Of a DNA stretch of 64,000 nucleotides, positions 57,918-64,000 are shown piece after piece; the first letter of the stretch is position 1, and the number at the start of each line of letters is the position of its first letter. The stretch is taken from positions 1,408,001-1,472,000 of the forward strand of contig OY762911.1 of assembly GCA_963666565.1 (NCBI GenBank), written 5' to 3'. The position numbers were made by a program, and so were the translations under genes. Origin of the DNA: Thermoanaerobaculia bacterium (GTDB lineage: Bacteria; Acidobacteriota; Thermoanaerobaculia; Multivoradales; Multivoraceae). The notes beneath the pieces are model-generated. The model did no database searches. It was not told where the DNA came from and was given only the letters and a program-made list of their open reading frames with translations.

Positions 57918-58346
57918 ATGAAGAACGCTCTCGCAATCGTCCCGTCGTTCTCGTACCTGGCTCGCGGTTCGCGGCTTGCCGCCTGCGCCGCGGCCTTGTG
58001 CGGCCTGCACTGCGCGCTCACGCCGGTCCTGGTCGTGGCGGCGCCGGCGCTCGCGCTCTCCGAAGGCGTCGAGCGGGCCGCCTGGGCCGGAACCGTTCTT
58101 CTCGGCTCGGCGATGCTCCTCCTGGGCCCGGCCCGCGGGAGCGCGCCGGTGATCCTCACCTTTGCCGGGGGAGCGGCGCTCTGGGCGGCCTCCCTGGCGG
58201 GCTGGCTCGAACCGTTGCCCGAAACCGCGACCTCGGCCGCCGGCAGCCTGACGATCGCGGGCGCCATGGTGCTGAGCGCCCGCCTCTGCCACGCCGCCTC
58301 GTGCGAGGTGTGCGCCGACGAGGAGCCGGCGAGTCGGGAAGGCTGA
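57918..58346 (+). CDS. MerC-like membrane protein
   Basis: CAAALCGLHC in TM1, four TMs, C-terminal CHAASCEVC. Confidence 0.7.
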   Translation: MKNALAIVPSFSYLARGSRLAACAAALCGLHCALTPVLVVAAPALALSEGVERAAWAGTVLLGSAMLLLGPARGSAPVILTFAGGAALWAASLAGWLEPLPETATSAAGSLTIAGAMVLSARLCHAASCEVCADEEPASREG

Positions 58347-58347
58347 C

Positions 58348-58430
58348 TCAGTCCGGCGACGCGACCGCCAAACCCGCCTCTTCGGCGGCGGCGCCGAGCC
58401 GCCGGTCGCAGGTCACGAGAGCGTCGCTGG
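58348..58430 (-). pseudogene. Possible 3' remnant of a PIN/VapC toxin gene
   Basis: DALVTCDRRLGAAAEEAGLAV resembles the PIN C-terminus; no matching N-terminus. Confidence 0.4.
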
Positions 58431-58547
58431 CCCGGGTCGATGGCTCCCCGGCAGGCGGCGGAAGATCGAGCTTCGACGTCCCGGCATGGGGGTTCCAGCC
58501 ATGATGACGCGCGCGGTAGCGCATTGCCCCGGCGAAAGCGGCGGACA

Positions 58548-58612
58548 CTGGGTGCGCGGGTCTTCCGACCCGCTGCCGCCGTAGGCGGCCATGAAACGCG
58601 CCGCGAAGCGGC
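58548..58612 (+). repeat. REP-like element type A
   Basis: Type A core, GCCGCC-GTA-GGCGGC and GCCGC-GAA-GCGGC. Confidence 0.85.
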
Positions 58613-58618
58613 GACCTT

Positions 58619-59800
58619 TCAGTGGTCCCGCTCGTAGTGCTGCCGGAGCAGGTCCTTGCCGTAGTCGTTGCCGTTCGGCGTCCGCACGACGGCATGGATG
58701 TGCTGGCGGATCGGCGCGCGGCCTTCGACCAGGTGCCGGATGCCGACGGGGCGCTGGTGGTCGAACTCGATCAGGATGACCGGGCTGTGGATGCGGTAGT
58801 AGAAGACGGCGTCGTCGTCCGTGGCGCCGATCCAGGCGAAACGGGTCTCGTCGAGATGCGCCCCCACCTCGTCCATTCGCACCCTGGCGTGGCCCTCGCG
58901 CATGTTGTGGACGTAGAGGCCGATCAGGTCGAGCAGTTGCTTCCTGGCCCCGGCTGACAGCTCTGCCGCGGGGATGCCCGCGTAGTCCAGCACGATGTTG
59001 TCGCTGAACGCCTCGCCGAGGTTGTCGTTGCCATCCTTCGAGGTCTCGATGATCGCCTTGGCCTGCTGCTCCGGCGAGAGGGAGCGAATCAGTGCCAGCC
59101 CCTGGTCCTGTTCCCGCTGCATGATCGCCGTGCCCTTGTACTTGCCGGACTCGGCGATAACCGGTTCCGAGCCGACGAACAGCGGCGTCATCACGACCTG
59201 GTCGCCAAGCACGAAGTAGTTGACGATCAGGTGGTGGCCGTCGACCTGCCAGCCCCACGGCTGATCGGCGGAGGGCTCGCCCATCACGGTGATCCAGTAC
59301 AGCCACTCGTTGTACTCGTCGAAGTTGTCGCCGTTCAGTTCGCCCAGGGTGCGGTTGAGATTCATGATGTCGCGGCTCAGCTTGAGGCCGTCCGCGCTGA
59401 GCGAGGCGCGCATCATGCCGAAGGCGGCTTCGCGCTGCGCTTCGTTCATCTCGTCGAAGCCGACGCCCTGCCGCACGTAGAAGTGCTGGTTCATCCACTT
59501 GCGCCACTCGTCGTCATCGACCGCGAACGTCGTCCTGGCGCGTTGTTCCGCCGAGAGGGCCGCCAGGAACTTCTCGGCGGCCAGGCGGACAGGCTCGGTC
59601 GACACGCCGGTCGACTCGATCCTGTAGAGGCCGCGTTCGATGCCGGAACTGCCGTGGATACCGACGTACGGGTCGTCGGCGAGTCGGGCGTCGATCTGGC
59701 GACTGCGTTCCCGCATCCGGTCGCCGCGGTCGCCGGGGCGCTGGGCGAGGGCGGTGGTGGTGAGGAGGGCGAGGGTCGTGGCCAGGGTGCAGCGGAGCAT
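58619..59800 (-). CDS. DUF3500 domain secreted protein
   Basis: Signal peptide, [21 protein letters not shown] and [15 protein letters not shown]. Confidence 0.9.
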   Translation of the reverse strand: MLRCTLATTLALLTTTALAQRPGDRGDRMRERSRQIDARLADDPYVGIHGSSGIERGLYRIESTGVSTEPVRLAAEKFLAALSAEQRARTTFAVDDDEWRKWMNQHFYVRQGVGFDEMNEAQREAAFGMMRASLSADGLKLSRDIMNLNRTLGELNGDNFDEYNEWLYWITVMGEPSADQPWGWQVDGHHLIVNYFVLGDQVVMTPLFVGSEPVIAESGKYKGTAIMQREQDQGLALIRSLSPEQQAKAIIETSKDGNDNLGEAFSDNIVLDYAGIPAAELSAGARKQLLDLIGLYVHNMREGHARVRMDEVGAHLDETRFAWIGATDDDAVFYYRIHSPVILIEFDHQRPVGIRHLVEGRAPIRQHIHAVVRTPNGNDYGKDLLRQHYERDH

Positions 59801-59833
59801 GGTGCCGGCATGCTAGCGGCAGACGGAATGGTC

Positions 59834-59899
59834 GCCGCTTCGCGGCGTGCGTTCCGGGCCGCCTCCGGCGGCAGCGGGTCAGAAGACCCGCGCACCCAG
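59834..59899 (-). repeat. REP-like element type A
   Basis: GCCGCTTCGCGGC..GGCCGCCTCCGGCGGCAGCGGGTCAGAAGACCCGCGCACCCAG. Confidence 0.85.
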
Positions 59900-59924
59900 C
59901 CGGCGCACCGACGCCTTGGTTTCC

Positions 59925-61343
59925 TCAGCCGAAGAGGTAGCCGAACAGCCAGTCGAACTGGTCGGCCAGCACGACGTAGCGGATGACCAGCAGGGCCATC
60001 GCGGCCTCGAACGCGAACACGACCCAGAGGCCGACGTACGTCAGGCGGCGCGGCCGGATCCGTGGGTCCATCCGCGTGCGCTGAAGCCACAGCGTGGCGC
60101 CGGCCTGAATGGGCAGGAAGATCGCCGAGGTCAGGCCGCCGACCATGATCAGGATGACGAAGTCGGTGACGAAGTAGTAGATCCCGAAGGCGGCCAGCGG
60201 CAGGCAGACCAGGTAGCCGCGGATGATCTTCTTGCGCAGCGCCAGGTTGGAGCGCTCGATCAGGCCCATCTCCATCAGGTAGTCGGGGATCGAGCGGCCG
60301 CCGCCGCCGGCGCCGGAGAGCACGGTGGAGAACAGGATGCAGAAGGCGCCGATCGCGAAGATCCACACCGCCCACATGCCCAGGGTCTGGGTGAAGATGT
60401 TGGAGAGCGCCCCGATCGTCTCGTCGTTCCCCTCCGGCGTCAGCCCCATCTTGTTGAGCACCCCGGCGCCGAGGATGTAGTAGGGGATCGTGGCGCAGGT
60501 GACGATGAGCAGGGCGAGCCAGACGTCCGTGTGTAGCACCCGCATCCAGCCGCGGGCGTGGGACTCCCAGTTCGGGTCTTTGCGGTCGGCGCCGAGCAGG
60601 CTGGGATAGCCCTTCTCGATGCACCAGTAGGTGTAGGACGAGATGTCGCCCGAGGTCGTGCCGGTGTAGCCGTAGGCGGAGAGGGCCAGCGCCGCGACGG
60701 CGACGAAGAGCGTCATGTCCGGCTTCATGCCGCCGAGGATCTCGCCGGGCGAGGTGCGGAACTCCGTGAACTGCATCGCGATCAGGCAGACCAGCGTGCA
60801 GAACGTGAAGGCGAGGACCAGGGGCAGCATGACCCGCTCCAGCCACTTGTACGAGCCGGTGCCGAGGATGATCGAGCAGACGACGGCGATCAGGCCGGTG
60901 CAGAGGACCCCGCCGAGCTCGACGTTCGCCAGCGAGGCCAGGAAGGACATCGACTGGCCGGCGCCGCCGATGATGCCGCCCAGGCCCATCGTGCCGGGAA
61001 CGTAGGCGATCAGCCCGAGCCAGATCGGCCAGGAGATCCGCCAGATCTTCCCCGGCAGCCGGTTCATCGCGCGCAGGTAGGTGTCGCCCGACTCGATCGT
61101 GTAGCGGGCCATCTCCGCCTGGACGAGCGACTTGCACCAGCAGGAGAGGAGCATCCACCAGAGCAGCGTGAAGCCGGCGACCGCGCCGAGGCTCGTCGTC
61201 AGCACCAGCTCGCCGGAGCCGATCACGGCACCGGTGACGATCAGGCTCGGCCCGAGGTACTTCAGCCGCTCCCGGAAGGTCGCCGGCGGGGCCACGGCCT
61301 CGCCGTGGCGAACGGTGTACGGATCGAGCGTCTGGTTGGCCAG
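59925..61343 (-). CDS. Nramp-family (MntH-like) divalent metal transporter; start uncertain (CTG 61343 or GTG 61295)
   Basis: LGPSLIVTGAVIGSGEL, YTYWCIEKGY, ILFST and about 11 TMs. Confidence 0.82.
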   Translation of the reverse strand: MANQTLDPYTVRHGEAVAPPATFRERLKYLGPSLIVTGAVIGSGELVLTTSLGAVAGFTLLWWMLLSCWCKSLVQAEMARYTIESGDTYLRAMNRLPGKIWRISWPIWLGLIAYVPGTMGLGGIIGGAGQSMSFLASLANVELGGVLCTGLIAVVCSIILGTGSYKWLERVMLPLVLAFTFCTLVCLIAMQFTEFRTSPGEILGGMKPDMTLFVAVAALALSAYGYTGTTSGDISSYTYWCIEKGYPSLLGADRKDPNWESHARGWMRVLHTDVWLALLIVTCATIPYYILGAGVLNKMGLTPEGNDETIGALSNIFTQTLGMWAVWIFAIGAFCILFSTVLSGAGGGGRSIPDYLMEMGLIERSNLALRKKIIRGYLVCLPLAAFGIYYFVTDFVILIMVGGLTSAIFLPIQAGATLWLQRTRMDPRIRPRRLTYVGLWVVFAFEAAMALLVIRYVVLADQFDWLFGYLFG

Positions 61344-61521
61344 AGGGGACTTCCCGAGCGTCGGAGGCGCTTCGGAAGCGCCGGTCTGTGGGCTGGGCCG
61401 GAGGGAGGGTATCAGCCGCCGTGCGGTGCCGGTTTGGACGGCGTCGGACGCACACGCCCCTCCGGCCCCGACTGGGCTGGAGGTCGTCGCCGTGAGGTTG
61501 GCCCTTGGCCGCTGGGGTCAG

Positions 61522-62691
61522 TCAACGACGAGCCTGGGCGCTCGCCGCTTCCTCTTCCAGCAGCCGGGCGCCGCGGAGCATGTTGCCCATGGAGTAGTTG
61601 CCTTCGTGGCAGGCGTACTCGTAGAGACGCTTGTCGGTGCGGGGCCAGGGCAGGGAGCCGGTGTAGGGCGCGGTGTAGTCGGAGTCCTCCACGGTGAACT
61701 TGTAGAACAGGGTGTCCGCGTCGATGCGGCGGAAGCGCTCGACGACGCGCAGCCCTTCGTGGGGGACGTGCGGCGCGCGCAGGAAGTTCGCCGTCTCGAC
61801 GACCAGGGTGTCGTCTTCCCACCAGCCGATCGAATCGCCGGCGAACGACCGATACGCCGGTGGCGGGTGTGCGGCGTCGAGGCGGACGATCCGGGTCCAG
61901 TGCATCCACTCCACGTGGATCGCCACGTGGGTTTCGGTCTGCACGATCGTCTTCAGGTTGTTGTAGGCCGACGGCCGGACCGGCACCGTGGGGCCGCCAG
62001 CGTAGAGGCAACGGGTGCCCAGGGTCTGGACTTCCGGCTCGTCGTAGAGGTTCTCCCCGGTCTCGAGCCACCACGCCCCGCCCGGGTTCCGGTTGTAAGC
62101 GCCAAGGCCGCGCGGTGTGATTGCCCGTCCGCGCTCCGTCTTGGGCGGCAGCCGGCCGTCGGGCGGGTCCGTGATGATCGAGTTGCGGTACTTGCCGTCG
62201 ATCCGGAAGGGGATCGTGCCGAAGTCGAACCAGAACGGGTTGTGGCCGCCGATGTTGCTGCGGTGACCGTCGCCGCCGACCGGCGGCGCCTTGCGGTTCG
62301 GATCGCTGGGGACGTCGGCTTCGACCTTGGCCGCTTCGGTAGCGGCCGCGATCCCGTGGGCGTCCTCGGCGCTCATGTAGGGGTCGTTGCCGTACTTCGG
62401 ATCGCGCACCATCGGCGTGCGGGTGGCGATGTCGTAGGTGCCGGAGAGGTCCGGCCGGCCGCTCGGGGTGCGGGGGATGTCATCCTGGGCGGCGGCCGCG
62501 GTGGAGGCGGCCAGGATGGCTACGGCGGCCAGGAGCCAACGCCGCGGGAGCAGCCTCGACGCGCAGGGAACGGGCCGTAGTGTCGGTGCGCGGGTCTTCT
62601 GACCCGATGCCGCCGAAGGCGGCCGGAAGGACGCGCCGGCCGCAGGCCGGCACCGCCGCGGCGGCCAGTTCCACGCAAGCTGGATTCGCAT
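61522..62691 (-). CDS. Conserved hypothetical secreted protein
   Basis: CAGGAG RBS; IPRTPSGRPDLSG, GDSIGWWEDDTLVVET and YEYACHEGNY. Confidence 0.8.
   Translation of the reverse strand: MRIQLAWNWPPRRCRPAAGASFRPPSAASGQKTRAPTLRPVPCASRLLPRRWLLAAVAILAASTAAAAQDDIPRTPSGRPDLSGTYDIATRTPMVRDPKYGNDPYMSAEDAHGIAAATEAAKVEADVPSDPNRKAPPVGGDGHRSNIGGHNPFWFDFGTIPFRIDGKYRNSIITDPPDGRLPPKTERGRAITPRGLGAYNRNPGGAWWLETGENLYDEPEVQTLGTRCLYAGGPTVPVRPSAYNNLKTIVQTETHVAIHVEWMHWTRIVRLDAAHPPPAYRSFAGDSIGWWEDDTLVVETANFLRAPHVPHEGLRVVERFRRIDADTLFYKFTVEDSDYTAPYTGSLPWPRTDKRLYEYACHEGNYSMGNMLRGARLLEEEAASAQARR
62585..62680 (+). repeat. Full-length REP element inside the 5' end of the 61522-62691 CDS
   Basis: Aligns with the reverse complement of 25778-25878. 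Confidence 0.8.
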
Positions 62692-62711
62692 CGGCTGTTT
62701 CTCCTGTTGCT

Positions 62712-63998
62712 CTATGGCGCCTCGTTCGCCGGCAGGGCGAAGGCGATCAGCTCCGCCGGTTCGGTCATGCCGCCGCCGGTGACCGCGATGAACTGCCTGC
62801 CGTCCCGCATGTAGCTCACCGGCGCGCCGTGCAGCGCCCTCTCGATGAGCACCTCGGCAAGCAGTTCGCCGGTGAACTTGTCGTAGGCCTGAAGCGAGCT
62901 GCCGAGCACCGTCGAACGGTCGTTGTAGACCTCGAAGCGGGCGGCATGCGTGACGACCAGCGTCTTCGTGACCAGGATGCCGCCCTCCGTCACCGCGCTC
63001 GACGAGCGTCCGCCCAGCGGTCCCAGGTTCAGGTGGCGAATCGCGGGATGGTTGCGCGGTCCGTCGCCGAGCGGCGCCTGCCAGGCGATGTCGCCGCGGT
63101 TCAGGTCGATCGCGGTGATGCGGCGGTACGGCGGTTTGAGCAGCGGCAGGCCGCGCGGCCCGGCCGTCGACACGCGGTCGAGGACGTAGGGCCAGAAGCT
63201 CCGCGCTCCGTCCGGCTCGACCAGCGCCATTCCGCTCGGCCGGGTCATCGACTGGACGTAGAGCATCCCGGTCTCGGGATCGGCCGCGGCCCCCGGATGG
63301 TTGGCGCCGCCGCCCGCTCCGGGCACGGCCAGGATCGCGTCCTTGCCGGCCTCGCCGCGGCGGATCAGCGGCATGAACATGGGCCCGAGGATGAACTTCT
63401 CCGCGATCTCGAGCGCCTCGGCCCGCAGCTCCGGCGTGAAGTCGATCAGGTCGTCCTCGCTCACTCCCTGGCGGTCGAACGCCGGCGGCTTCGTCGGAAA
63501 CGGCTGGGTCTTCGACAGCTTCTCGCCCGGGACGGTGCTCTCCCAGGGGACGGGCCGCTCCTCGATCGGCCACACCGGCTCGCCGGTCGCGCGATCGAAG
63601 ACGTAGGTGAACGCGGTCTTGGAGACCTGGGCGACGGCCTTGATGAGCTTGCCCTCGACCACGATGTCGATCAGGTTCGGCGCCGAGGCGATGTCGTAGT
63701 CCCAGACGCCGTGGTGGACGGTCTGGAAGTGCCACACCCGCTCGCCGGTCGCGGCGTCGACGCAGATCAGGCTCTCGGAGTAGACGTTGTCGCCGTGCCG
63801 CAGCCCGCCGTAGTAGTCGCTGGTCGGCGTGCTGGTGGCGAGGTAGACGTAGCCGAGTTCCTGGTCGGCGGTCATCGGCGCCCACACGTTCGCGTTGCCG
63901 GTCGTCTTCCAGGAGTCGTTCTCCCAGGTCTCGACGTAGTCCTCTCCCTCCTGCGGAATCGTGTGGAAGCGCCACTTGAACTCGCCGGTGCGGACGTC
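62712..63998 (-). CDS. PQQ-dependent (quinoprotein glucose dehydrogenase-like) enzyme, 5' truncated by window edge
   Basis: WHFQTVHHGVWDYD, PVWPIEERPV, TQPFPT and KPPY. Confidence 0.88.
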   Translation of the reverse strand, partial: DVRTGEFKWRFHTIPQEGEDYVETWENDSWKTTGNANVWAPMTADQELGYVYLATSTPTSDYYGGLRHGDNVYSESLICVDAATGERVWHFQTVHHGVWDYDIASAPNLIDIVVEGKLIKAVAQVSKTAFTYVFDRATGEPVWPIEERPVPWESTVPGEKLSKTQPFPTKPPAFDRQGVSEDDLIDFTPELRAEALEIAEKFILGPMFMPLIRRGEAGKDAILAVPGAGGGANHPGAAADPETGMLYVQSMTRPSGMALVEPDGARSFWPYVLDRVSTAGPRGLPLLKPPYRRITAIDLNRGDIAWQAPLGDGPRNHPAIRHLNLGPLGGRSSSAVTEGGILVTKTLVVTHAARFEVYNDRSTVLGSSLQAYDKFTGELLAEVLIERALHGAPVSYMRDGRQFIAVTGGGMTEPAELIAFALPANEAP

Positions 63999-64000
63999 GT

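Noticed and set aside
3078-62680. REP copies or the 68-bp triplication read as a CRISPR array
   Set aside because: The copies are dispersed or lack unique spacers, and there are no cas genes.
62692-63975. 817-aa ORF 61522-63975 as a single protein
   Set aside because: The upstream part shadows the PQQ gene; an SD and ATG at 62691 mark the real start.
62712-63998. WDYD motif as proof of lanthanide dependence
   Set aside because: The motif is normal in quinoprotein glucose dehydrogenases, so it is not diagnostic.
1-64000. Many long alternative-frame and antisense ORFs (e.g. 20364-23033+, 48137-51388+, 55276-57936-, 16984-19572+)
   Set aside because: They are Arg/Pro/Gly-rich or antisense shadows of motif-bearing genes, as expected at about 70% GC.
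1-64000. tRNA, rRNA, transposase/RAYT, integrase, prophage or selenocysteine recoding
   Set aside because: No cloverleaf/T-loop, HUH, DDE, tyrosine-recombinase or in-frame UGA signatures were seen by eye; a covariance search was not possible.

Overview
High-GC (about 70% by eye) bacterial chromosome segment. It is most likely Acidobacteriota, inferred from an ADOP-type duplicated ABC permease beside an acidobacterial-type PadR, several PQQ beta-propeller enzymes and a DUF1501/DUF1553 pair. About 52 CDS can be supported. I saw no rRNA, tRNA, CRISPR array, transposase or integrase. Highlights: (1) a minus-strand operon (13.8-23.3 kb) with a secreted propeller+PHP-like protein, a His-rich Ni/Co-type permease, a P1B-ATPase fused to an HflK/SPFH domain, a His-rich HflC, a second HflK and a small exported protein. 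Its hflC-hflK junction is triplicated into two translationally coupled 23-aa mini-ORFs. (2) About 20 copies of a modular REP/MITE-like hairpin element with C(GNA)G triloops, at least six of them translated in frame inside genes. (3) Two sulfotransferase+DUF1214 pairs, three intact type II TA modules plus a probable PIN remnant, a 58-aa double-CxxC protein missed by the ORF track, a 1-nt frameshift in a D-2-hydroxyacid dehydrogenase, and several palindromic operators. All family calls come from motif recognition by eye; no database searches were run.
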